NCBI GenBank assembly: GCA_037443035.1
Contig: JBBIPC010000008.1
Span: 73,426-137,425, forward strand
Reading direction: 5' to 3'
DNA from: Chthonomonadales bacterium
GTDB taxonomy: Bacteria; Armatimonadota; Chthonomonadetes; Chthonomonadales; CAJBBX01
Length of the DNA stretch: 64,000 nt
Positions 50,701-61,189 of the stretch are shown piece after piece. The position numbers and the translations under genes were made by a program. The notes beneath the pieces are model-generated. The model worked only from the letters and a program-made list of their open reading frames with translations. It was not told where the DNA came from and ran no database searches. Numbering within the stretch: the first letter of the stretch is position 1; every line of letters begins with the position of its first letter.

Positions 50701-52711
50701 CGTCGCGATAGTCTATGTGGTAGGCTGCTACGCGCGTGACGGCATTGCCGCCATAGGCAGTGAGCGGCGCTACGCCCCGGAACTCGAAAACGTTTTTCTC
50801 CTTGGTCCTGGGGTCATCGTAGACGGCCTGGATCATGTTCCCACGGACACCCATGTAGCTCTTGGTGCGGTTGCGTATGACCGCGATGGATCCCGCCAGG
50901 AGTGGGTCCGCGTAAGCGATGAAACTCCGGCGCGGGTTGTAGAGGTTCAAACGACCGCGCACCGTGGCGAATCCGCCCTGCAACGCCATGCGAGACCACT
51001 TGGAGGGATCCGTGATAGGCATCCGTTGAGCGTTCACGTCACCCGGCTCGTTGGTGTCGCGGGTGATATGGTAGAAGAGGCACGCCAGGAGTTTGGTCTG
51101 GAACGCTACATTGGCGACGTTGACATTATCAGCTGTGTCGAAGGGGGTGTCCACGAGTGCTCTGGCGTCATCCACCGAGGCGAACGTAACTCCGTTCCCC
51201 TGGGCCATGGTGACGACCTCGGAGTCGAATGCAGGCTTGCCCGGAATGTGGTTGCGCCAGTTCTTTCCGTCCACCGGGTTCACGCCGTCGGCGAACACCT
51301 TCTTCGAGTCGAAGCCTAATGTGTTGCCGATCTTCTCCGCATTCTCACGGCAGACGCGTGCGATGTCCGAGAACCGCCCCTGAATGTCCTCGCGGAAATC
51401 GTAGAACCATCCCTTGTAGAAGATCCCGACGCCACGAGTCTGACTGCTGAGATCGAGGCCTGCCCAGAGATAGATGGTGTCGCGCTTCCTCAGGGGCTTG
51501 TCGCGCGGCTGCATGTAGAAGAGCACGTTCAAGACCACCATGACGAGCACGAACACTCCGAGCACCCAAGACCCCGCATTCAACCGCCGTCCGGTAGCAG
51601 GATCCGGATGGAGCACACGCGACACGAGCCAGAGCGTCAGAAGGATCAACAGGCCGGTGAGCCACACTGCGTTCTTCGGCGCATTCTCCTTCGCAACCGC
51701 CTTCTCGGCCAGGCTAGGCGGTTCCCACTCGTCAATGTGGTTGTTCAGGAACTCCCGGATGCCCTGGAGGGCCTGAAAGTGGGCGCTGGTCGCGACGAAA
51801 TACATCGTTCGCTTTGGCGGGTTGGCCCTGAAGATACGCGCCAGTTCGAGGAGGCCAGCAATGCCACAGGCCGACTCGGCACCCGGCGCGAGCGACGGAA
51901 CGACGGAGATGGAATCGAAATAGCCCTGCACCACAATGATCTGGTCGCGCTGCTTGGGGTCCGTACCCGTGATCTTGCCGAACACGCAACTGGAGTCGCG
52001 GGTCTCCCAGGGCATGTCGCACCGGAGAGTACACTGTGGAGCGTCCTCGCCGGCTGTCGTGGCCAGGATTTCTGGTGCGTCCTTGCGGTCGAGCCAGAAG
52101 CGGGGGATCGAGATGGGAATGGAGATGAACTTGGCCTCGGCCTCACCTCGCATCGTTGTATCGGCGCCTACGAATACGACTGCCTTCGCGCCCAGCCGCG
52201 GTGCATTGAGCCACTCCGCACGGCTGTTGAAGTCAACGAGGACGATGGATCCTTCTACCTGCTTACCGTTGAAGTTACCGAGCCGCCCATCGCCGACGTA
52301 GATGAGCTTGCCTGAAAGACCGTTCGGCGGCAGTTGCGATGTGCTGACAAGGTTGGGCCACAGCGGGTAGAGACGCTTCTTCGTGGCGCCCACTTGGATT
52401 TCGGCGCCCTTGTCAATGGGAACGGTGACCCTGAACTTCTCGACCCGGATACTCTCGAGGCCGATCTGACGGAACTGCTGCTCGACGTAAGCCGCTGCCT
52501 TCGCATCACCCTCGTACCCAGCCACGCGAGAGCCGTAGCCTGCTAGGGTCTGCACAGTCCTCGCGATGTTGTCGGCGCTTACCATGCCGGCGAGCTTACG
52601 GTAGTTGTCCGGATCTTCCGCTGCCCCTTGCGATGCCGTCGCAACCATCAGGCACAAGCAGGAAAGCACCCACACTGCGAGGGTGCGCAATGAGACCCGG
52701 GTATCAGACAT
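47762..52711 (-). CDS. Giant (~1650 aa) fusion: signal peptide, PA domain, degenerate M28 peptidase, MacB/FtsX permease
   Basis: R.AG..G...AA.YV, PA-like GKLIYVGDG..VEGSIVLVDF, GYFDS..PGA, RRRKARTVLT TM1, VFERVREI..FSSIGL FtsX motif, YPARKAA; start 52711 or 52747. Confidence 0.85.
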   Translation of the reverse strand: MSDTRVSLRTLAVWVLSCLCLMVATASQGAAEDPDNYRKLAGMVSADNIARTVQTLAGYGSRVAGYEGDAKAAAYVEQQFRQIGLESIRVEKFRVTVPIDKGAEIQVGATKKRLYPLWPNLVSTSQLPPNGLSGKLIYVGDGRLGNFNGKQVEGSIVLVDFNSRAEWLNAPRLGAKAVVFVGADTTMRGEAEAKFISIPISIPRFWLDRKDAPEILATTAGEDAPQCTLRCDMPWETRDSSCVFGKITGTDPKQRDQIIVVQGYFDSISVVPSLAPGAESACGIAGLLELARIFRANPPKRTMYFVATSAHFQALQGIREFLNNHIDEWEPPSLAEKAVAKENAPKNAVWLTGLLILLTLWLVSRVLHPDPATGRRLNAGSWVLGVFVLVMVVLNVLFYMQPRDKPLRKRDTIYLWAGLDLSSQTRGVGIFYKGWFYDFREDIQGRFSDIARVCRENAEKIGNTLGFDSKKVFADGVNPVDGKNWRNHIPGKPAFDSEVVTMAQGNGVTFASVDDARALVDTPFDTADNVNVANVAFQTKLLACLFYHITRDTNEPGDVNAQRMPITDPSKWSRMALQGGFATVRGRLNLYNPRRSFIAYADPLLAGSIAVIRNRTKSYMGVRGNMIQAVYDDPRTKEKNVFEFRGVAPLTAYGGNAVTRVAAYHIDYRDEVPEIDPATGKPTGRIVPNPDKGQINYAPDLGVTGAKFMPLDVQVTTARKEVPIILFRCVPTSIYDLVDQQSLRALVSIDVLDGDTNGEPRMFGYAIDPQDPWLVGSYVEDLAVIFSQPGTRLKILMGAGPGATRLLLINPDKERPEGRGYLVGGDPSQAQDAELRGKITLDKFDPAREIAREGAIYHTALHVAHDMWMLNDFRIKRLAKYRIINEGINRLHGLAEKSIRRAEAAQKDLNWERFDAESRAAWGYASRAYPDVQKTAVDVVQGVLFYLALLIPFAYFLERLLFGSYDLKRQLGWAAIFFLAIFGIFSQVHPAFDITMNPVIVLLAFVMGALSCIVIAMIVGKFEEQLKLMNQQASGVHRADIGRVSVALAAFNLGISNMRRRKARTVLTTITLVLLTFTVLSFTSVVQVMRFNQVPAPGRPRYNGLMIRTAMWDQLQEPAYRLLADEYGKDHAVAPRSWFFGTQLGEQSFLTIKRADAQYDAKALVGLTPEEARVTRPQEALIAGRWFRDGDVYAVILPDVIAAALRVEPEDVGKATVSYAGVDYTVIGIFDIQKLKRILDLDSEPLTPVDFILMQKLTQQGRGGGETGFREYTHLEPDAVFFVPYKTATNLGAELRSIAIDFGDAKRVSETLGPLMHRLGLNLYAGRIPSDPNQRPTIERYSSIAATSSKGLELVFFPVLIAALIVLNTMLGSVFERVREIHIFSSIGLAPAHIGMLFMAEAMVYAILGSVAGYLLGQLTTKILVATGAFQGLYLNFSSVSAVMTTMVVVGVVLLSTIYPARKAAEVATPAIDRSWRVPEPEGDEWSIPLPFSVTGDQAKGLNGFLAEWFAAYEEYSIGDFVTQNVETEETEVDLPAPLGQPSPGKGTMYSIRCMTWLAPFDLGVSQRLTIITKPTTMADVFEISVNIHRESGDISNWKRVNRRFLNTLRKQFLIWRTLKQGERERYLKEAQAASQGGTVPVAAPQPAE

Positions 52712-52791
52712 CCGTGCGATCCTTTCCCGATACGGCCGACCAGACATGCCGCCAACCGCGCCTAGCTAGATTGCGGTAGACCCACGACCGT

Positions 52792-52821
52792 ATCATAACA
52801 CACGCCTATCACAAAAGGCAA
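52792..52821 (-). promoter_or_regulatory. Putative sigma70 promoter of the eight-gene operon
   Basis: Minus strand TTGCCT-N18-TATGAT with an extended TG. Confidence 0.5.
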
Positions 52822-53013
52822 CACGAACACACCTTCGGGGCGGCGCTGGCGCGTTGCCTCGAGGGTCATATTCGCCAGCTCCACTCCGGCTCCTTCACGA
52901 CGCCGCGAGGTTCGAAGCTGGATCCGGGCCAACCAGCGGCAGACTACGAAGACACTCTACAGTGTGACACGCAGCTGCTTCGGCAACTCCCCGAAGAATC
53001 TTGCCAGACTCTG

Positions 53014-53065
53014 TTGACAAACCATATCTAGTGGTGTTATTGTTGAAGACCACTAGATATAGTGT
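53014..53065 (+). promoter_or_regulatory. nrdR-nrdJ promoter overlapped by tandem NrdR boxes
   Basis: TTGACA 53014-53019 and TGnTATTGT; boxes AAACCATATCTAGTGG (53019-53034) and CCACTAGATATAGTGT (53050-53065), 31 bp apart, matching acaCwAtATaTwGtg. Confidence 0.9.
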
Positions 53066-53087
53066 TCCAGCTCGAGGCGCTCACAGC

Positions 53088-53606
53088 ATGCGGTGTCCCT
53101 ATTGCGGTTCAACTGAGGACAAGGTCCTGGACTCCCGCGAGTCCCAGTCGGGAGATGCTGTTCGTAGGCGCCGGGAGTGCAAGAGCTGCGGCCGGCGCTT
53201 CACGACCTTCGAGCAGATCGAAGTGCGCGAGCTATATGTCGTCAAGCGAAGCGGTCGCCGCGAACCGTTCATGCGGGACAAGGTCCTGCAGGGCATGCGG
53301 ATTGCGTGCAAGGGCCGGCCGGTCAGCACCGAGACCCTGGAGGAAGCGGCGGCCGATATCGAGCGGATGCTGATGAATAGGCTGGAGCAAGAAGTTCCGT
53401 CTCGAGACATTGGTGACATGGTCATGGAGCGTCTGCGGGTCATCGATCAGGTGGCGTATGTCCGTTTCGCGTCGGTGTATCGCCAGTTCGAGGATGCCAC
53501 GCAGTTCCGCGAGATCGTCAACAGGTTGAGGAGGTCCCGGGCGGACCAGAGAGGTTCTAGCAGCAGTCCCACAGCGTCTGCAGGGGAATCTGGGGAAGAG
53601 AGATAG
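53088..53606 (+). CDS. nrdR: Transcriptional repressor NrdR
   Basis: MRCPYCG..DKVLDSR..RRRREC..C..RFTTFE zinc ribbon, ATP cone, VAYVRFASVY. Confidence 0.98.
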   Translation: MRCPYCGSTEDKVLDSRESQSGDAVRRRRECKSCGRRFTTFEQIEVRELYVVKRSGRREPFMRDKVLQGMRIACKGRPVSTETLEEAAADIERMLMNRLEQEVPSRDIGDMVMERLRVIDQVAYVRFASVYRQFEDATQFREIVNRLRRSRADQRGSSSSPTASAGESGEER

Positions 53607-53611
53607 AGACA

Positions 53612-56425
<2,814 letters not shown>

Positions 56426-56470
56426 CCCCTGCAGGACGGGGCCTGACATCGGGGAGAGGAGTATGGCGAC

Positions 56471-56857
56471 ATGCTGAAGATCGTTGACGTTCACCTTTCG
56501 GCGACGGTCAACGGCGAGTATGTGGTCTTGCAGAACCAGGGGCTGACGACGATACCGTTGCGCGGCTGTATCCTCACCGCTGAGGAATACCTAGCGGGCG
56601 ATCCGGTGGGGATCGCGGATGCCATGTACGTGTTCGCCGACGATGTGCAGATAAAGCCCTACGCCAGGGTGGTGCTTTTCACAGGCACCGGGCAGAACGG
56701 CTGGTATCCCACCACGGACGGCAAGTCGGCGTTTGTAGCCTATTGGGGACGCAACCGATGCGTGTGGTCTTGCACCACACGCATCGTACTCTTACAGCCG
56801 GCCTGTACAAGGCGCATTGGAGTGCCCGCTGAGGTCAGTCTCAGTCTGCCTGGTTGA
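56471..56857 (+). CDS. Lamin-tail-domain (LTD)-like protein
   Basis: EYVVLQNQG...I.L.G..L, VVLFTG.G, YWG....VW. Confidence 0.6.
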   Translation: MLKIVDVHLSATVNGEYVVLQNQGLTTIPLRGCILTAEEYLAGDPVGIADAMYVFADDVQIKPYARVVLFTGTGQNGWYPTTDGKSAFVAYWGRNRCVWSCTTRIVLLQPACTRRIGVPAEVSLSLPG

Positions 56858-56889
56858 CGCTGTCCTAGCGCTGCGAGGACGCAGGGCCA

Positions 56890-57330
56890 CTATGCTGCCA
56901 GCCTGTGCAGGAACGCTGCGATTCCTGCTTCTGCCACCTGCCTGTCCTGCTCGGCGCTACCGCTGCTGCAGCCGACAGCTCCGATGCACTGACCGTCTAC
57001 GAAGATCGGCACCCCTCCTCCGAAGATCATGAAACGGCCCTGATTGCTTACGTGGATGCCAAAGGCAGGCCCCCCGGCACCGGCCATGGCGGCATACTCG
57101 TGGGTTCCCTTTCTCGTGCCGGCTGCCGTGAATGCCTTGTTGATGGCAATGTCTATACTGGTGATTTTGGCGCCATCCATTCTGTAGAATGCGAGTAAGC
57201 ACCCGGCCGCATCCGTGACGGCGATGTCCATGTCCACGCCGATTTCCTTCGCCCGCTGGACTGCCGCGTCCAAGATGACGCGAGCACCTTCGAGCGTGAG
57301 CGCGATTCTGTTGCGCCTGATCAACTCCAT
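56890..57330 (-). CDS. GlcG/HbpS family heme-binding protein
   Basis: IAVTD..G, RMDGA..SIDIA.NKA.TA, FGGGVPI...G..IGAVG.S.G..EQD..VA. Confidence 0.9.
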   Translation of the reverse strand: MELIRRNRIALTLEGARVILDAAVQRAKEIGVDMDIAVTDAAGCLLAFYRMDGAKITSIDIAINKAFTAAGTRKGTHEYAAMAGAGGPAFGIHVSNQGRFMIFGGGVPIFVDGQCIGAVGCSSGSAEQDRQVAEAGIAAFLHRLAA

Positions 57331-57962
57331 ATGCTGTTTCCTCCGGTAAGGAAGGGATTGGTCCGTCGTTCGTATCCAACTGTTGTAGCCGGGCCGTGCC
57401 CGGGGTACAGCTTCGTTGCGTCGGGAAGGACAAGCAGTCTCTGTTGGATCGATTCCATGAGTCTCCGGTAGTCGCCACCGGGGAGGTCGGTCCGGCCAAT
57501 ACCTCCGGCGAACACGAGGTCGCCCACAATGACCCAATCATTGCCGGCGACGCAGACATGCCCGGGCGAGTGCCCAGGAGTGTGAAGGATGCGAACTGCG
57601 TCGCTCCCCAGTTCCATGCACATGTCATCCTCGAGCCATACGCTCGGCTCCACCATTCGCGGTGTGGATAGCCCGAACCACGCTGCCTGCTCTGGCAGTA
57701 AGTGAAGCAGATCCAAGTCCGCAGGATGAAGCGCAACCGGGCATCCGTAGACATCTGCGTAGATGGCGTTGCATGCGACGTGATCGAGATGCGCGTGGGT
57801 ATTCAGTACAATCTCGACCGACAGGCCTTTCTGCTGCAGAACTGGTATCAACTCCTCCGCCCCGAGCCCAGGGTCCATTAGAATGCAGCGTGGACCAGAG
57901 TCTTCGATGATAATGTAGACGTTGTTGGCCATGGGACCGACTGTATAGCAGTGCACTTGCAT
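57321..57962 (-). CDS. MBL-fold metallo-hydrolase (glyoxalase II/YcbL-like)
   Basis: THAHLDH, HTPGHSPG, GDLVF.GGIGRTD, YPGHG, E...NPF. Confidence 0.93.
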   Translation of the reverse strand: MQVHCYTVGPMANNVYIIIEDSGPRCILMDPGLGAEELIPVLQQKGLSVEIVLNTHAHLDHVACNAIYADVYGCPVALHPADLDLLHLLPEQAAWFGLSTPRMVEPSVWLEDDMCMELGSDAVRILHTPGHSPGHVCVAGNDWVIVGDLVFAGGIGRTDLPGGDYRRLMESIQQRLLVLPDATKLYPGHGPATTVGYERRTNPFLTGGNSIWS

Positions 57963-58088
57963 ACTCGACCTCGGACGCCACGTGCGAAGAAGTCGCACCG
58001 AACGCGATTCACCTCTCGCCGAACTCGGCGCCTGCAACATGATACATCGTCTTGGGAATGATCTGTCACCGCAGCGGCACACAACGCG

Positions 58089-58132
58089 ATCATTTGGCGT
58101 ATCTTGACTAAATGATGTCGGTAAGGTAGCAT
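58089..58132 (+). promoter_or_regulatory. Putative marR promoter with an inverted repeat operator
   Basis: TTGACT-N17-TAGCAT (58104-58132); ATCATTT-N14-AAATGAT inverted repeat (58089-58116) brackets the -35. Confidence 0.55.
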
Positions 58133-58165
58133 CGGAGCGGTAATCCTGCAAGGAAGGTCAGCCCA

Positions 58166-58747
58166 GTGTCTATAGTGAACGGATGTCGGGCAGTGGCGAT
58201 AACGGAAGATGCCGCTGCGGAAGCGACGCGGGTCTCGGATCTCTTCGCTCACATCATGCTCCGCGTTCTGAGCGAGAATCTGATTCTAGAGATTTCCTCC
58301 AACCAGGTGAGTCTGGCGCAGGTGCAAGCGCTCAGGTTCATCTGGCTACATGACAAGGTGCTCATGGGAGATCTCGCAGCAGGCTTGGGCATCACCTATC
58401 CGTCGGCTACCAACATGGTGAAGCGCCTCGAGCGACGGGCATTGGTTACACGGACGCCGAACCCAGAGGATCGGCGCGAGGTGGAAGTGCGGTTAACCGA
58501 TGCCGGACTAGACCTCGTGGAGCGTATGGAAGCCGAACGCCACCGGCGGCTAGCTGCGACCTTGGCGGCCATGGACCCTGAGGACCGTTCAGCACTCCTG
58601 CGCGGTCTTCGGATGTTCGTTGCGACCGCCGTCACGGCCCTGGGCGACATTAGCGAAGAGATTTGCCTCCGTTGCGGGCTCCGCCGTAGCGACAATTGCC
58701 CTCTCTGCGCACAACGGCGCCGCGAGGGCACCTGCAACGGCTGCTAG
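58166..58747 (+). CDS. MarR family regulator with a Cys-rich C-terminal tail
   Basis: LA..LGIT.PS.T.MV.RLE...LV.R...P.DRR.V.V.LT..G; tail CLRC..CPLC..CNGC; start uncertain. Confidence 0.88.
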   Translation: MSIVNGCRAVAITEDAAAEATRVSDLFAHIMLRVLSENLILEISSNQVSLAQVQALRFIWLHDKVLMGDLAAGLGITYPSATNMVKRLERRALVTRTPNPEDRREVEVRLTDAGLDLVERMEAERHRRLAATLAAMDPEDRSALLRGLRMFVATAVTALGDISEEICLRCGLRRSDNCPLCAQRRREGTCNGC

Positions 58748-58806
58748 CCTGCACCTCGCTCCCGAGCTACTCTGCTGGCCTGACCCCGTCTGCGGAGGAA
58801 ACGCCC

Positions 58807-59958
58807 ATGCGATTTCCTGTCTACCTCGATCACGCGGCGACGACGCCTCTTGCACCCGAAGTTCTGGAGGCGATGATGCCGTACTTCTCGGATCACCCGT
58901 GGAACCCTTCAGCCACCTATTCAGGAGGCCACGAGGCTCGTGAAGCCGTAGAGGCAGCACGACGACAAGTGGCAGAACTGGTGGGAGCCTCGCCGGACGA
59001 GATCTTCTTCACGAGCGGTGGCACGGAGGCAGACAACTGGGCGCTCAAGGCCGTTCCTGTTCCGAGCACCGATGAACCTCCCCAAGTGCTGGTCAGTGCT
59101 ATAGAACACGCTGCAGTCCTCGAGACGGCAGAGGCACTCGGTCGCCGAGGCTGGGAAGTTGTACGCATACCTGTCTCCAACGAGGGCCGGGTGGAACCAA
59201 ATGATGTAGAAAAACGTATCACATTTCGAACGGCTGTCGTCGCGGTCATGCTCGCCAATAACGAGATCGGGACGCTTCAACCGATTAACGAGTTGTCGGA
59301 GATATGCGGCGAGCGCGGAGTGCCTCTTCACGTGGATGCCGTGCAGGCGCTGGGTACGACGGAGTTGGACGTTCGGGCCCTGGGCGCGAGCACAGTGGCG
59401 CTATCGGCGCACAAGATCTACGGGCCCAAAGGCGCAGGCGCGCTGTACGTCCGCGCAGGAACAGCCCTGGCACGGTGGATGGATGGTGGAAGCCACGAGC
59501 ACGGCATGCGCGCAGGTACGCTGAATGTGCCCGCGATCGTAGGGTTCGGCAAAGCCTGCGAGCTGGTGCGCGAGCGGCGCGAGGCCGATAGCGAGAGGCT
59601 ACGTCATCTCCGGGATCGGCTGTGTCGCCTGGTGCTGGAGAGGATACCGGATGTCCGCGTGACCGCTGAGGCCGCTGAGCGACTGCCGCAATTTGCACAT
59701 CTGTGCTTCAGGGGTGTGGAGGGTCACGCGATCCTGACGGCTCTGGATACAGCCGGTATCTACGCATCGGCAGGAGCGGCCTGCTCGGCCGGATCTGTGG
59801 CCACTTCCCATGTGTTGCGTGCTATGGGGATACCAGACGAATGGGCGCGTGGCGCTGTGCGGCTGACGCTAGGGCGCACCACGACACCGGACGATGTGGA
59901 TTACACGGTCGAGGTGCTCGCGACGACAGTGAGCGAATTGCGCGGCGGTGCAAGATAA
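58807..59958 (+). CDS. iscS: IscS/NifS-type cysteine desulfurase
   Basis: [44 protein letters not shown] (PLP Lys), SAGAACS (catalytic Cys). Confidence 0.93.
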   Translation: MRFPVYLDHAATTPLAPEVLEAMMPYFSDHPWNPSATYSGGHEAREAVEAARRQVAELVGASPDEIFFTSGGTEADNWALKAVPVPSTDEPPQVLVSAIEHAAVLETAEALGRRGWEVVRIPVSNEGRVEPNDVEKRITFRTAVVAVMLANNEIGTLQPINELSEICGERGVPLHVDAVQALGTTELDVRALGASTVALSAHKIYGPKGAGALYVRAGTALARWMDGGSHEHGMRAGTLNVPAIVGFGKACELVRERREADSERLRHLRDRLCRLVLERIPDVRVTAEAAERLPQFAHLCFRGVEGHAILTALDTAGIYASAGAACSAGSVATSHVLRAMGIPDEWARGAVRLTLGRTTTPDDVDYTVEVLATTVSELRGGAR

Positions 59959-59984
59959 CTCGACGGATGTTTACCGAAAACCGC

Positions 59985-60013
59985 TTGACAATCCAAGGCG
60001 TCTACCTTATAAT
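59985..60013 (+). promoter_or_regulatory. Perfect consensus sigma70 promoter
   Basis: TTGACA (59985-59990), 17 bp spacer, TATAAT (60008-60013). Confidence 0.85.
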
Positions 60014-60058
60014 GGCGGCGCCAGCGCCACTGCGAGCGGCGAGATATGGGGTGTGGTC

Positions 60059-61111
60059 GTGAAAGGCAAGTCCTTGGTCCTGGATGGACCAGCGGAAAGC
60101 AAGATAGGCTTCGAGATGGAAGAGCATGATGCCCAGTGCGATGGGCAATATGAAATCGGTACTGAGGAGTACGTAGACGAGCCGGTAGAACACCTGCTCG
60201 AGCTGGCGGGCGTCCTGTCGGACGAGGAGATGGACGAACCACCGCATGGCGTTGACGAGAACAGTGAAGATGAGTACCATCCGGAACAGACGCGGCCGGA
60301 CGAGGAAATGCACCTGTGGCTCGGACGTACCCGCAGTAGCCATCTCTTGACGGCGGCCGAGGAAGTCCAGCTCGCACGGCGCGTGCGGCAGGGCGACAAG
60401 AAGGCGAAGGATCGGCTCACGGAGGCCAATCTCCGGCTTGTGGTGAGCATCGCGAAGAAGTACAGCGTGCGTGGAATCGCGCTGCCCGACCTCATTCAGG
60501 AAGGCAATATCGGTCTAATCCGGGCGGTGGAGAAATTCGACCCGGAAAAAGGCTATCGATTCAGTACTTACGCCACATGGTGGATCCGACGCGCTATCGC
60601 CAGGGCCATCATCAACCAGGGGCGGACCATACGGATCCCCGTTTACGTCGCGGAGATCATCCACAAACTCGCCAAGGCGCAAGGGCGGCTGAAACAGCAA
60701 CTGCATAGGGAGCCGACAGTCGAGGAGCTGGCCAGAGAGCTTGAAGTCACGGTGGACCGCGTCAACGAGATCCTGCGGATTGCTAACGAGCCATTGTCCT
60801 TGGAGACGCCGGTGGGCGAGAAAGAGAACAGCCAGCTCGGCGACTTCATCGAGTCGGAAGCGTCTCCATCACCTTCGGATGCTACCCTGAACCTCATCCG
60901 TCGAGAGCAGATTGACGAAGTCCTGAGCAGATTGACCCAACGGGAGCGCGAGGTACTGATGATGCGCTTCGGCCTCTTGGATGGTTACGCCCATACCCTC
61001 GAAGAAGTCGGCACGCGTCTGCGGGTGACCCGGGAACGGGTGCGGCAGATAGAGCTGCGCGCGCTGAAGAAGCTACGTACCATGCGCCTGGAAGAGTTGA
61101 CGCGACAGTAA
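60059..61111 (+). CDS. RpoD/SigA-like (group 2-type) sigma factor
   Basis: [64 protein letters not shown]; short acidic N-terminus; start placed downstream of the promoter. Confidence 0.92.
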   Translation: MKGKSLVLDGPAESKIGFEMEEHDAQCDGQYEIGTEEYVDEPVEHLLELAGVLSDEEMDEPPHGVDENSEDEYHPEQTRPDEEMHLWLGRTRSSHLLTAAEEVQLARRVRQGDKKAKDRLTEANLRLVVSIAKKYSVRGIALPDLIQEGNIGLIRAVEKFDPEKGYRFSTYATWWIRRAIARAIINQGRTIRIPVYVAEIIHKLAKAQGRLKQQLHREPTVEELARELEVTVDRVNEILRIANEPLSLETPVGEKENSQLGDFIESEASPSPSDATLNLIRREQIDEVLSRLTQREREVLMMRFGLLDGYAHTLEEVGTRLRVTRERVRQIELRALKKLRTMRLEELTRQ

Positions 61112-61125
61112 TCCGTCGTGTATAC

Positions 61126-61162
61126 GGGGCAGGGGACGCTAACAAGCTGACCCTGCCCCTTT
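61126..61162 (+). terminator. Stem-loop after the sigma gene, possible terminator
   Basis: GGGGCAGGG...CCCTGCCCC 9-bp stem followed by TTT; the U-tract is short. Confidence 0.45.
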
Positions 61163-61189
61163 CGCATGTCTAGAGACTCGAGGTGAGCC

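Noticed and set aside
52900..52930. GGTTCGAAG resembling a tRNA T-loop
   Set aside because: Flanks do not form a T-stem and no cloverleaf or CCA end can be built
52830..53090. Cobalamin riboswitch upstream of nrdR-nrdJ
   Set aside because: No GGGAA / B12-box consensus; the NrdR boxes explain the regulation
59948..60058. Longer sigma factor start at 59948
   Set aside because: It would lie upstream of, and run through, the perfect TTGACA-N17-TATAAT promoter
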